DNA of 64,000 nucleotides, from positions 95,934,596-95,998,595 of the forward strand of contig JAUZTB010000076.1 in NCBI GenBank assembly GCA_034780895.1, written 5' to 3'. Both the position numbers and the translations under genes were made by a program. The notes under the pieces are model-generated. The model did not search any database. It saw only the letters and a program-made list of their open reading frames with translations, and was not told where the DNA came from. Positions 1 to 13,140 of the stretch are shown piece after piece; the stretch's first letter is position 1; each line of letters begins with the position of its first letter. The stretch comes from Rhynchobatus australiae. Lineage: Eukaryota.

Positions 1-1080
1 TGCAACTGTTGAAATATTTTCTGCTTGATGCCCATTGATTTCATTTTTTCAGGGCTCCTTTATGCCATACTCAATCAAATACCACTTTTATATATAGGGG
101 AGGGGGGGGGGTTCAGTCTCACCTCATCTCTGGGCTATAGTTGTGATGAGGCTTGGAGCTATATGGTCCAGGTAAAATCTGAACTAAACATTGGTGATCA
201 GATTATTGATGAGTAAGTGCCATCTGATAGCACTGATGATGACATCTTCCTTCACTTTGTTGATGATTGTGAATCAATGAATTGGGGAGTAATTAGCTGG
301 ATTGCATCTGTCCTGCTTATTGTGGGCAATTCTTTGCATTATCAACTGGATGCCAGTACTGCAACAGCTTGGCTCGAGGCATGGCTAGTTCTAGAGCTCA
401 GGTCTTCAGTAGCACAACTGGAATGTTGTCTGGTCCCATAGTCTTTCCTGCATCTAGTCCTTTCCATTGTTTCTTATAATAATGTGGACTGAATCAAATT
501 GGCAGAATATTGACTTCTGTGTTGGTGGGGATCTCAGAAGGAAGCTGAATGGATCATCCACTTGGCATTTGTGCTTGGACATAGTTGCAAATGTTTCCAC
601 CGTATCTTTGATAGTCATGTGCTGGGCCCTGCCTCCACTGAGGATGGGGATATCCTTAGAACCTCCCTCACCCATTAGCTGTCCACCACCATTCACAACT
701 AAATGTGGCAGGATTGCAGAGCTTTGTTATGGGATTGCTTAGCTCTGTTTGTTGCACATTGTTTTTTGCTGTTTAACATGCATGTCATCTTATGTTGCAG
801 CTTCACAAAGTTGGCATCTTATTTTAAGATATACCTGACATTATCCCCAGAAATAACATATGTGCCACAAAGATGCCAGGCAATGACCAAGAGAATGTCT
901 GCCTCCCTACCCTTCTGCACTCTTCACTGAATCAGGATTGCACCATTGTCTTAAATGAAATGGTATCATGAGGGAACTGCTAAGCCTTGAAGTTACGGGT
1001 TATGGTGGTGTACATATCTGTTGCTTCTGATGGTCCTTAGTGCCTTGAGGATACACAGTTCTGAGCTGCACAATCTGTCC
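1..1080 (-). mobile_element. Degenerate CR1/L2-group LINE ORF2 (RT region) fragment
   Basis: Minus-strand translation gives GKTMGPDNIPVVLLKT*ALELAMPRAKLLQY (~350-450) and GGSKDIPILSGGRAQH...KCQVDDP (ORF 454-696), typical of LINE ORF2 just before the RT core. Stops and frameshifts present; boundaries approximate. Confidence 0.8.
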
Positions 1081-1499
1081 TATTTTCTCACAATGGTGGG
1101 GCCATAGGCTGCTTTTGTGGAACCTGGGGCTTTGTAATGCCTTGTCTAAGGCATAGATACCTGGAGATTTCATTTAAAGTTGTAACTTTGTTTGTAATTT
1201 CACAGGACAGAACTGGAATAATTTAGTTGTTGCTTTATTTAGCCAATATTTCTGATTTTATGATATCACTATATATATTAATGCATCATTATTTATATTT
1301 TTATCTGACTATGCTTGAGAGACTAATGAATCTTCTGGCTCTCCAATCAGACTGAATAGCAGCTGTAGATTCTGGTTGTACCAGCTAACATTCATACTCT
1401 GATTTGTCTACCTCCATTGGCTGAAACAGACCACTTATTTTTACTTCCAGTTTTTATACACCTCCATCCTCCTTTAAGTCCCGGAGGTCTTAAAGCCCT

Positions 1500-2700
1500 C
1501 CACTTTTTCTGATGAAACACTTAATCTTTGATCATTTTCGCCAGCTGCAACAGGATCGCTAGTCACATCTTCAGCTCCCCACCCCTTGCTGTCTTCCGCA
1601 GGGACTGCTTTTCTTCATGACCCCCTAGTCTGTTTATCCCTCCTGAGCCACCACTCTCTGACCCCCGGCACTTTCCTCTGCAACCACAGGAGGTTCAGCA
1701 CTTGTTCCTACAGCTCCTCCCTCACCATCATCTAAGGACCAAAATAGCCCTTCTAGGTGAGGCAAAGATTCACGTACACCTCCTTCAACATTCAGTGCTC
1801 CTGATGTGGTGTCCTCTCCATCAGCGAGACCAAGTGCAGACTAGGCAACTGATTTGCAGAGCTCCTGAGCTCTGTCCACTTCCATGTCACTTAAACTCCC
1901 TGCCCATTCCCACGTCGACCTGTCCATCCTCAACCTTCTGCACTGCCAGGGTGAGGCCATACACAAACAAGCCAAACAACACTTCCTATTCCGCCTGGGT
2001 AGTCTACAACCCAATGGTATGAACATTGCATTTTCCGATGTCGAGTAACTCTTACTCCCTGTGTTCCCCTCTCTTTCTCCTTCCAATCTACTCCTTGCTC
2101 TCCCTTTTCTGTTTCCTTTCCCATACCCACTCTCCAGCTCCCCATCACCCATTTTTGTCCCCACTCTGGTTCTACCCACTTACTACCCACACATTTCACC
2201 CACCAGAACCCCTCCCCTATCTGTTCCCATCTGCCCATCTCTCCCTTGAAATGTTTCCATTATCACCTTGCTTACTTATTAGCTTCTGCACCAGCAGCCT
2301 TTGTGTCCCCATTCATCACCTCCAGCCTCTTTTTCCACCGGTCCTCTTGGCTGCCCCTCCGGGGGGGCGNNNNNNNNNNNNNNNNNNNNNNNNNNNNNNN
2401 NNNNNNNNNCCCCCCCCCCCTGCTTTGTCTTCCTTGTTTGCTTTCACCTATCACCCACCTACCTCTGTCTTCCAACTCCATTCCTCCCCTCTCCCACCTG
2501 GATCCATCTGCCCATCTTCCTTGGTCCACCTATCACCTACCGGCCCCCTGTCTCATCCCTCACCCTCTCTTTATACCAGCTATCTTCCTTCTCCACTCTC
2601 AGTCCTGATGTCCAGGGTCTTGACTGAAACATTGACAATTCCTTTACCTCCCCAGGTGCTGCTCGACTCGACCCTCTAGATTACAGCATCTGCGATCTCT
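1500..2700 (+). mobile_element. Penelope-like retroelement relic (GIY-YIG endonuclease region plus pyrimidine-rich tail)
   Basis: 1662-1865 translates, with disablements, to PGTFLCNHRRFSTC...VRQRFTYTS...CS*CGVLSISETKCRLGN*FAE, resembling the PLE GIY-YIG region (LYIGETKRRLGDRFAEH). It ends in the terminal motif CTGATG..AGGGTCTTGACTGAAAC at 2605-2630. Confidence 0.8.
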
Positions 2701-3123
2701 GGTGTCTTTGCTTATTTTCCTTTGCCTGAGGTACACTTCTCCTGTGGTCCAATCTACCAGTTCAGTGTGCTATTTTCAGTTCTTACTCAGCTAATGAAAT
2801 CGACTTATGCAACATTCTCACTGTCCTCAATACCTAATATCTCATCCTCACATTCAGGGTGCTCAGACTCAGTCCTGTCTTGACAATCTTTGCCCCTTTT
2901 TCATACTGTGCTTCCTCTCTCTGATGTGTATTCAGCTTTTCACTATTTTTTTTTTCGTTCTTGTCATGGGTACTACCCTGTTTTTCTGTGGAACTCCATT
3001 AAGAAAGATTAATGTTTTCTATTGTTTTTTCTTAACTATTGGTTTAATTAATATGCTTTGGATCAGGTCTTTTTGGCTTGGGGTTTCGAAACTTTCTCAA
3101 ATAATAAATTGAAAAAAGAGAAG

Positions 3124-3700
3124 TCACAGAGTCACAGAGCACAGAAACAGGCCCTTCAGCCCACCATGTCTATACCGACCTTTTGTTCCATCTGCACTAG
3201 TCCCATTTGTCCACAGTAGGACTGTACCCTTCAAGCCATGCTGATTTAAGTGTCTGTCTAATTGCCTCTTAAATATAGTGCTTATATCTGATTCCGCCAC
3301 CTTCTCTGGCAATGGGTTCCAGATGTCAACTAGTCTCTGTGCAAAAATCTCGTCAGACCCCTTTTAAAACTCCTTCCTCTCCCCTTAAACCTATACCCTA
3401 TTGTTTTTGACACCATGGGAAGAAGAGTTTGTGTATGCACCCTATCTACGCCTATAATCTTACATACTTCTATCAGGTCTCTCCTCAGCCTCCTTCGCTC
3501 CAGTGAAAACAAGCCCAGCCTATCCAGTGTCTCCCCATAACTAAAATTCTCCAATCCAGACAACATCTTGCTGAATCTCCTCTGCACTCTCTCCAGCGCA
3601 ATCACATCCTTCCTAAGGTGTGGTAGCCAGTGCAGCCCAAATAGTGTTTTATAAAACAGTAATATAACATCGTAACTTTTATATTCTCTGCCCCAACCCA
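3124..3700 (-). mobile_element. CR1 LINE 3' end
   Basis: ORF 3330-3740(-) contains RKDVIALERVQRRFSKML...LDRLGLFSLERRRLRRDLIEVCKI, the CR1 ORF2 C-terminus. A short 8-nt tandem tail (gtcacaga x2 on +) is at 3123-3138. Confidence 0.9.
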
Positions 3701-3702
3701 TG

Positions 3703-3795
3703 AAAAAGATGCTGGAAATACTCAGCAGGTGAGGCAGCAATTGTGGGGATTGAAACAGAGCTAATATTTCAGGTCAATGATATTTCATCATTTTA
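3703..3795 (-). mobile_element. Short Penelope-derived terminal/SINE-like fragment
   Basis: GATGCTGGAAATACTCAGCAGG..GGCAGCA..TGTG motif, also seen at 57575-57618 and related to 43588-43655. The minus strand carries TGATGAAA..TGACCTGAAA. Confidence 0.55.
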
Positions 3796-6700
3796 AGGTC
3801 TTTAGCCCTGTGATACTCCAGCCCATGTAAGAAAAAAAAATGAGCAGGAGATCCAAATGCAATGCACTATTTATCAAACTCTCTACATTATGAATATTGC
3901 ATCTGGCCTGAAAGTGAGAGTATAGCCTGGGAGTCAAGTTGAAGATTTAACTCTTAAGCACACTAAAGTGAAAGATGTGATCAACTTCAAAAATAGTTTC
4001 AGATTGGGTGAAGTGTTATTCCGGCCACTTCAAAAGTCTACAAGTTGTCAATTAAACTCTCAGGGTATTGATAAGTTTATTTTTCAAAGATTTAACTTAA
4101 CAAGATGACATGCCGGCCCTTTGAGAATATTCAGCTATTCATTATCTTTAGTGTTGCTCCTTAATTTAGAATAAACTGTCATTTCATCTGTACTGGTCTT
4201 GTTTCTTCACACAGTGTAAACCTTTATCCACCAGGGGGACCTTGATGGCTGTAGTAGTTCACGGAGACTGAATGCTGGAACCTTTTGCTGCTGTGAAGAT
4301 TTTTCCTCATAGATTTTTCTGCCCCTGAGGACACCTTTCCCTCCTATATCCATCCATCATTTCTTCTATTTGTTCTTAAGATTTCCCCTCCATTTCAGGA
4401 CCACCTCTTGGTCTCAGTTTCCTTTGTTTAACTTCTGAGATTACCTGTAATTTTGGACCACATTTCGCTCACGTAACACTAATAAGGCAAATGCATGATT
4501 CGCTTTCTCCTAGATTAAGCACATTTTTAGTTGTAATTAACATTTCTTACTATGCATTTTGTATGCACGCAAGACCTACTAAATCCTAACATTATTTTTA
4601 AAGCATTCCTCCTTGCTGTCACATTCCCCAGCCTCACCATCATCTCCAATCAGGTTATCTCCTGAACTTGTACCTTAACTTTGCCGTAAAGATAGAGATT
4701 CTGAACTTTATTGCATGGTTATTTTGGTAAATAGTCTGAGTGGTTTCCAATATCTTCTGATGTTCTTNNNNNNNNNNNNNNNNNNNNNNNNNNNNNNNNN
4801 NNNNNNNNNNNNNNNNNNNNNNNNNNNNNNNNNNNNNAAATAGTCCTCATATTTACATCTCTTCAGCACGGAGTAAAGCAACACATATCCGTGTATATCT
4901 AACATGAAATATGATTTTTCTTGTAGACTAGAGAGAAAGTATGTGAAATTTCACATTAATTGTTACTCTAAATTTATTTTATACAATTATTTTCTGCAGT
5001 CCAGCTAAAATCTTTTCATATTTAAACTAGTGCAACTGGATATTATTAGTAATTTGTAATGTCTCTTCCTTGATGAAGCATTAGATATTTGAAACTGNNN
5101 NNNNNNNAAACTGTCAAAGTTAGCGCAACTACCGCTTCGTCCTGTTTTCAATATCAAAATTCGAAGAACGGAAACCTCAGCTGTATCATTGATATAGAAA
5201 CACTGAATAACTCTTTACGACATATTTGTCTTTAACAACAGGCCTTCCATTGATAGACGCTTGACCAGGCATCTTCAGCACCGTGTTTGATGTTTGCTGT
5301 GACCTAGTTCTGTGGTTGTGTGGTGTATAGTGCTGCCTTTGCCCTGTTGATGGCGCGCGTTCATTACAAACTGTCGGACAGTGCAGCACCTCTGACAAAG
5401 AACCACGAACTCCCTTCTTTTTCTACCAATCTGCTAACCACTGAAAAGCGCGCTTATCTGAGCTGATCTAAACGCATAACTTTTTCAATCTGTCCGCACA
5501 AAATTGAAATTGATCTTTATCGTTGACTGTCTCTTTTCCGCTTTGATCTGCAATATTCCTGATTAGCAATTGAGCATGGCACCCCAACAACACTAATTCT
5601 ATGTAAGATATAATGTTTCTTTAAAGAAAAAAGTCGCAGAGAAAAATGAACTATTTAAGTAATCAGTAAAGTTCGGGTTTAATCCATGATCAGATAAAAT
5701 ATATAAATATATAACTAGTGATTAGAATTAAGTATAAATATTACGGAATAAACACGCCCACCTTTGTATGTAAATATTCCTTAAAGATGGATTAAAAATA
5801 CTATCAAATTTTCTCTCTGATAATATGCATACGATTGTAAATCATGTGTTGTTCCGTTAGTTTGATACAGAGGTGATGCAATATATATCTATTTACATAC
5901 TTCCATTGGGACCTCAACGTTGCACAGCCTCATTTAAAATAAATCTTCCCTTTTCATATGTTGGCTCAACTAGCCGTTTTCCCAGATTCCAAAGGTGAAT
6001 GTCTTTTGTGAAGTTGCGGGAATCTTCAGCCATTTCCGACCCGAGGCATGTTGAAGAAATGCCAACCTCCCGAATCAAAATCCTGCTTTTCACGCGTGAG
6101 ATAAATTGTTTGTGGTCCCATGTGTGTGATCACAGCCTCCTCATTTGTCATCATAACAACATTTAGTGTAAAATTAACAACAACTTAACTACACCAGTTA
6201 TAAACAAGATCATGCATTACGATAGATTGATGGACAGTGGGCAGCAATAATCAGCCAAGTACGCTGTGAAAAAAAACGATTAAAAAAAGTAAAAAAATGT
6301 ATGGAGTTTAATTGACTTTTTCACGTATGGTGGTTCTCGTTTGACGGGAAAGTGCAAGTCCTGTAAATGCATGGACCCCAAGTAACACGTTAATCGATAT
6401 ATATTTTTAAGTATGATTTTATTTAATAATGTTAAATTCTGTTTCTTTGGAAACTAGGTTACATTTACACAACTATTCCAAAATTTACACAGCACAATTG
6501 GTTTATGTAACATATATTTAAGCATGATTTCGCATTTTAAAAAGTTATTATATGCAACGCATTAATAATTAATTTTGTGTAACACATTTCAATGATATGT
6601 AAGAATTGTTCAGATTTTAGTATTTTTTAATACAGGACACGACCACTATGTTTAAGACTTAGTACAACAATTTTTCATTAGGAAGGATGGGACAATCCAT

Positions 6701-9700
6701 GTTATTTGTGTGTCTCATACAAATCCTGTAAACAATACTTTTAAAACAAATTAAGAAGATGGACAAAACATAAAATTGGTTCAAATATTTTTTCTGCTGG
6801 TCAAGTAATCCCTCTTGATTACGACCAATGCTTGCCAAAACCTGGATAATATACTCGTTACACAGTATGATAATACCCAGTATGAAATCTTCACATTAAT
6901 ATTCATTGTCAGCCACCGATTTAAACCTGATCTGATGACTGAACTACTAAAACAGACGATTGCCTTTTCAACAAAAAAAACAGGATACTGCAGTAGATGA
7001 GATTTTAACTTAATTCGTAATTCGTTATTTTAAATCCATTTAATATCTAACACGTTAAATAACCCAGAAAATACCCTTTTTATCCCCATGCTATTGTATA
7101 ATTTCAGCTTTACATGGGCACCACCAATGATCTTCTGATTTACACACGTACATACAGATATATAAAGACTACTAAACAGTGCATAATATAATGCATTTTA
7201 TCAAAAAATTATTGATTGTGAAATGTTCATAGGTGGGCTATAAGACATTACCGCAGGATACTGGTGGTTTTTGAACATGACTTTCAAGAGTTTTGGCTGT
7301 TTGAAAGTATTTCAGAATCTTGTAGCAGTTGGCGGGTAATATATAATTAATTTAGATTCCGATTACCATCTTGTGTATAAATAAATCCCTGCCCATTACT
7401 CCTTCTATGAAGCGCACATTACAACTTGACATGACAATATAAAGAAGCTCATAGTAAAATCATGTGTATGCATTGCAGGGTCAATTTTCCACTCCTGCTT
7501 CATTTACTGCTTAAATATCATACGAAGTCTAGAAATTCTGACGCATGTTTTGGCTGAACCTTCTGACTAGTTTCAGAGGGGTTCGTCAAAAAGTAATGCA
7601 CTTCGAAGTGAGCCTCCTATATAAAGTGGTCGCTAGCCGGTTAATAATGTGCAATAGTGTTATTGAGAATGTTTTGTGTGTCTGCGCAGGGCTATAATTC
7701 AGCTCTAACAACAGACTAGCTGAGTGGAGTCCCCCTGAAAGGGTCGATGTAGGGCTTGGCAAACGTAACCTCTTGGCTCTGTGCGCCGTCCATCTGTCTG
7801 CACTTGAGCCCAGACAGATTCAATAGGTCCTTGTGTGCTTATGTCTGGCCCCCAAAAGGTGAAATGGCCTGTAACTGGACTAACTAAATGTTCAAGTGTT
7901 TACCAAAGTAGTGACCGTTGGATAAAACGAAACTCAAAATGATGTCAAACAGGGGTGCCTCTTTTGATGTATAGGAATTTCTGCATATTAAAGGTAAATG
8001 GTTAAATTGTTTCCTTAAATAAAGGAATCAGTATTACAGCATACCCAGACAATATCTGGGCTTGCATAACACCTGCAAAATTCATTTACGTAAGAAAACA
8101 GAAAATGAAAAGAGTACATTTACTTTAAGAAGCCAAATATTGTTTCCAAATTATCACCAAAGTGAATAGATTAAGAAGNNNNNNNNNNNNNNNNNNNNNN
8201 NNNNNNNNNNNNNNNNNNNNNNNNNNNNNNNNNNNNNNNNNNNNNNNNNNNNNNNNNNNNNNNNNNNNNNNNNNNNNNNNNNNNNNNNNNNNNNNNNNNN
8301 NNNNNNNNNNNNNNNNNNNNNNNNNNNNNNNNNNNNNNNNNNNNNNNNNNNNNNNNNNNNNNNNNNNNNNNNNNNNNNNNNNNNNNNNNNNNNNNNNNNN
8401 NNNNNNNNNNNNNNNNNNNNNNNGTAGCCGCGAGGAGTTTTCAAGCGACTTTTATGGAACAACGTTGTCATTTGGGTACAGAGCTTTAAAAAACCAAGAG
8501 AAAGAAAGTGGAAAAAGTCAGCATGGCATAACCAGTGTTACAATTTCTTAAGGTAGCTGTACTTTACAATGGACCGTCTCTACGATTTTTTTAAGGAAGT
8601 CGCTTTGTATCCTAATGAAAGGTACTTGTTTCACGCTACGCGTTGGAACCTAAAATCCAGTTTTACGAGTTTCCTTTTTCTCACACCTGGACGGGACGTT
8701 GGGGGAGGGGAGGGGGGCGCAACGCAGATTCAGCTACAGACAAAACAATCTTTGTTGTACTACTACCTCTCGGTTGCCTGTCTCATCTTGAACAAAGGCA
8801 ATGAATATTATAGCACCAGATCCATATGTATAACATAACACACAGCATGCATGCCACCAATTACGTTTGGATTGTACAGCAGGGGCATTTCAAACGTTAC
8901 ACTTTCTCACTCAATTTTGTATGCCGAGACACACATCTTTTGTTCGCGATTAGTTTTGGTACAAAGCCTACACGATTTGCACTTCTGAATATAGTGCAAA
9001 CGTCATCTGAACGCTTTCTGCTCAAGTGCCTCCTAATATGTGGGATGGAATATGGAAGCTTGTAATTGACACTCATTTTTACTGGCAAGCACTGGCACGT
9101 CTTCAAGACACTGCAGACAATACAAAAACACCGCCAAGTTCGCCTTTATCTCCAATAGGTACCGCGACGGACCTTTTCAATAAAGCGCAACGTATCTGGT
9201 AATGAGAAAAAATAGGGAAAGTGTTGCCATACTGCTATTAGGTCCGTCTTGTCAACGGATAGGATAGACTCAATGCACCCACTTTAATGCAGCGGAAACC
9301 GATCAAGTCGCATGCTGCAACTGCCCACTTTTCCAATACAACAGTCTTTTTTTTAACAAAAAGGCTGTATTCATTGTCCTCCTTTGTAACAAAATAATGT
9401 GCTTCGGGAAGTGAAGTATCTAAGACTTATCGATTAAACTATTCGTTCATTGGTTGTCATATTGCTCGCTAAGACCCAGTCCTTATCTGCCTTACAATGG
9501 AATTAAACTTTAGAATTATTCCAACCGCTGCCCACTGGCCAGTGCAGCTATGTAGATTATGCAAAACATTTGATCATAATCAGTCACAACAAGGCCCCGG
9601 CCGCCGAGCAAGGGTGGGGGAACAAATTCTGCAACACACGGTCTGAAAGCAAGGCTTTAAAAAAGTCAATTTACTAAATGATGTAGAAAAAAATAATGAC

Positions 9701-12449
9701 AGAACAGCAGAGTGGTTTGATTTATTTGGCGGATGGGTCGCGACTGCTAATGCCTGATCATTTACATATTGAAATGCGACCAAGCGGACACTCAATTTTC
9801 CTGCCCATGTTTTGCACATGGCTCTCTCGATTTTCAAGCAGTCAGGTTACCTCGCAACGCCCCTTGAGGAGGTCAGGCGGTCGATTCCGCGTTGATCAAT
9901 TTTGACTGCAAGGCATCAACATTATGAAAAACACCCTGGCACCAGATGGAGCGAGGTCTAGGTAAAGGTCAAGGTTAGCTCAGCCTGCTATTGAATCGGC
10001 TGCGTGATAGATCGTTGACTTGCTTTGCTCGGAGGCACCCATAGGGGTTTCTGCGAATAAAAGGAGTCACAAGTGAAGCGGTTCGACGCTGCTCTGAATG
10101 CTAAAATAATTATTAGATGCATTAAAAAATACGAGTAGCCAAACACTTCTTTGAAAAAAGACACACGCAGATATACGTTCGGCACATTTATTAAACAAAT
10201 CAGTCGACTTTGAATACACAGCGCCAGTCATTGGATGCATGGCATAAAGTTATTGTTAGTGAGCTAATCAAAAGATAGAATTAACTCCTTCATTACAGAC
10301 TTGTCCACAATTCGCAGCTGAATGCGTGCAACCGCTCCTTCCCTTCTCCAGCCATTCGGTCGTTTTTATGAGGATCATTGTGCTGCTGAGTCGGAGTTTC
10401 AGTGGGCGAACGTTACAGACACAAAAGTAACTTTTCATTTGGCTGCGCCAATAGTTTAATCACGAAAGAGTGAAGAATCCAGGACTACGTTTTAGTTTGG
10501 CTGGGACTCGGCAATAAATGGATCAGCTAGCTCAGTTCAGTGACTACTGAGTAAGATGGCAGATAAAAGCTGACCAGGTTAGCAGCCAGCTCCCAGATGC
10601 AGATTAGATCAGAAATCATTGTGCATTGGAAGTGGGGGAGGTCTGCTGGAAGGAACTTGGCTCTCAAGCAGTTCTGCGGCTCTTTGCCCTCTCTCCCTAT
10701 AAATTTACAGAGCCCTTTCCTGCAGAAAACCGCACGTTCTCAAAACAAAACAACCTGCAGTCATTTGGAATCCTTACAGATGGGAAATGTACTTTCACCG
10801 TTTTAATAGAAGTGCCATCTACCCTGGGTTAGGAGTTACAAAACCATTTTGTTTTAAATTCATTACTTAAAGTAACCTAACTTCCTCCTGAAAGAGGGAC
10901 CGTACAGCTGCAACCGCAGGTCTTATCTGATCGTTGAGTGTCAGAGTAAAAGTAGTTAACCCTTCAACCACTTGCTACATCTAGTGAAAACAAAAAAATG
11001 GCGTAGTTTCTGTTAACAAATCCCATCATTGATCATAAATGAGTTCAATTTCACTTCTGCTGCCTGAACTGTTTTGTTGGCCACATTCACGTTCAGAGCC
11101 TCCAGCTAAAAGCGTTTACACTCCATGAAATAAGGACCATCTCACACACACAAGGTTACGTTTTGGGGTTGGGGCGGGTTTGGTGGGGAAGGTGGTGGTG
11201 TACAGTTTACATACTTCACTGAAACAATGACTTCAGACGACTCTCAAACCTTCTGTATTTTCTGGTCCCCGTTTTATCAATGTAGAGTTCAGTACAAGTG
11301 TTAAAGGCAAGATCCCCCAAACTATCTGCTCTGGTCGATATTTCGCCGAATTCCATTGCCATGTATTCGGTGATACATTCTTCCTCATTTATGATTCTCT
11401 TAATTGCAAAGTACACGTTTTTTTTCTAGTTTGTTGTTCAGATTTTGTTTTAAATCGACACGGAAAGGCGGATTTAGTAAAAATTGTTTTATTTTGTTAT
11501 TGATTTATCAGAGTTCCAGCTATCGTCTTTAATGAAATCATTCAAGTATCACCATGGGCAACATAATTAACATGGAATCATTTTTCCTTTAAAAAATAAT
11601 GTGCTTTGAAATCTTATTACTTTTTAAATAAAACGATCGATGCAGGTGCAAAATCTTAAAAGGTTACTTGAAAACTCTTCTCATCTCAGATAAATGAATA
11701 GCGTGTATATGTGTCTCGAAATGAGAAGTAGCATTGCTATTTTAACTATGATTTGCATTCAACTCAAATACCTGCAACTAAAATACCTGCAATTCCATTG
11801 AAAAACGGGAATGAAATGTGTGAAGCTCAATTATTAATCCGCCCTCGGTTTAATATACTGCACAGAAGAACGGCACAAAGGGTAGGAAAATAATAGGATT
11901 AGTATTTTCACTTTGCATTATAGATTCACTTGATGCATTTTAAGTCGTGTGAAATATTCACCGATAAGTAATCGAAAACAACAGAGCTGTGGTTAACAGG
12001 TAATGTCCCCAAACAGATAGCCGAGGACACTTATTATTTACAAAATAAACATAATATATAAAAAACTACGTACGCACAGAAAGTGTAAGCAATCTCCACG
12101 AACAATTTTCTTTTACACGAGAGTGTGAGAAATTCATTGACTAGATTTCTGATTTTAATTTAGAATTACATTCAAATGTAAGTATATTTTATTCTCCTCT
12201 GCATAATCTGAGCTCGCGTGTACACCATCGAAAATTGCAAAGCTAATCCTTGTTTTGTTATTTATTCAGTCAAATACTTTGTAAACCTCGTTTATTTTCC
12301 CAATAATTAGCCTTATGAATAAAGCCGGCCTTTTGCTGTAGTTAACAAAAATAACTTTAGCACACATATATTTACATTTTTCTGCACACACATACATTTG
12401 CGTGTGTGCGTTTTAATTTTTGATTCCTTGCACTTGTGCAGAAGATCTG

Positions 12450-12960
12450 TAAGCCCACTGCTTATTTGCATGATTTTGGCCAATAACTCTGTGCCCATGA
12501 GTTGCAAACAACCCTGAGCTGGCTGGCAGAGAGAAGATGTGGAGTGGTGGTAGTGGGGGGGAGGGAGGGAGGGAGGGAGGGGGGGGGGTTGGAAATGGAA
12601 GGTGGAGTGTGGCTCCGAGAGAGGGGAGGGATGATGGATTGATTGGAAGCAGCTTGAAGCTGCGCCTATTGGACGAGTGCGGCTGTGTGGTGTGTGTGTG
12701 TGTGTGTGTGTGTGAGTGAGTGTGTGTGTGTGTCTCCCTCCCTCNNNNNNNNNNNNNNNNNNNNNNNNNNNNNNNNNNNNNNNNNNNNNNNNNNNNNNNN
12801 NNNNNNNNNNNNNNNNNNNNNNNNNNNNNNNNNNNNNNNNNNNNCCTCCCTCTCCCTCTCTCTCTCTCTCTGATCACAGGGGTTTGTCCAGCCCCGTGTC
12901 CCTGGGTATGTATCATTGGCTTGCTCTCTCCTCTCGCCCTGCCCAGCCACCTCCTGACGT
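12450..12960 (+). promoter_or_regulatory. BCL11A: BCL11A proximal promoter region
   Basis: Lies directly upstream of the 5'UTR. CCAAT-type boxes (GGCCAAT 12478; ATTGG at 12642, 12668 and 12915), G-rich tract 12541-12630, and CRE half-site TGACGT at 12955. The TSS is inferred, not observed. Confidence 0.6.
12685..12732 (+). repeat. (GT)n microsatellite
   Basis: Imperfect GT dinucleotide run just before an assembly gap. Confidence 0.95.
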
Positions 12961-13140
12961 TCAAGTTCGCGGGCACGTCACGTACGCACTTGAACTTGGT
13001 GGTTTTAAAGCCATGACGGCTATCCCACAATCCATCTCCATCCGCCATCTTTGTATTATTTCTAATTTATTTTATGTCAAGCCATTGATGAAGATATTTT
13101 CTCTGGAGTCTCCTTCTTCCCGCTCCCGATGTGACCGAGC
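12951..13140 (+). other. BCL11A: BCL11A 5'UTR with several upstream ATGs
   Basis: Blocks CTCCTGACGTTCAAGTTCGC, AAAGCCATGACGGCT, CGCCATCTTTGTATTATTTCTAATTTATTTT and GATGAAGATATTTTCTCTGGAGTCTCCTTCTT match the mammalian BCL11A leader as I recall it. Directly precedes the start codon. Confidence 0.8.

Noticed and set aside
8154-8551. ORFs spanning N runs (also ~22.0, 23.8, 24.8, 51.3, 53.7 and 58.8 kb)
   Set aside because: Open only because assembly gaps contain no stop codons.
11766-11792. Short direct repeats (AAATACCTGCAA x2; also ~32905-32935, 40540-40580, 44747-44770)
   Set aside because: Ordinary local slippage duplications; no spacer array or CRISPR-like organisation.
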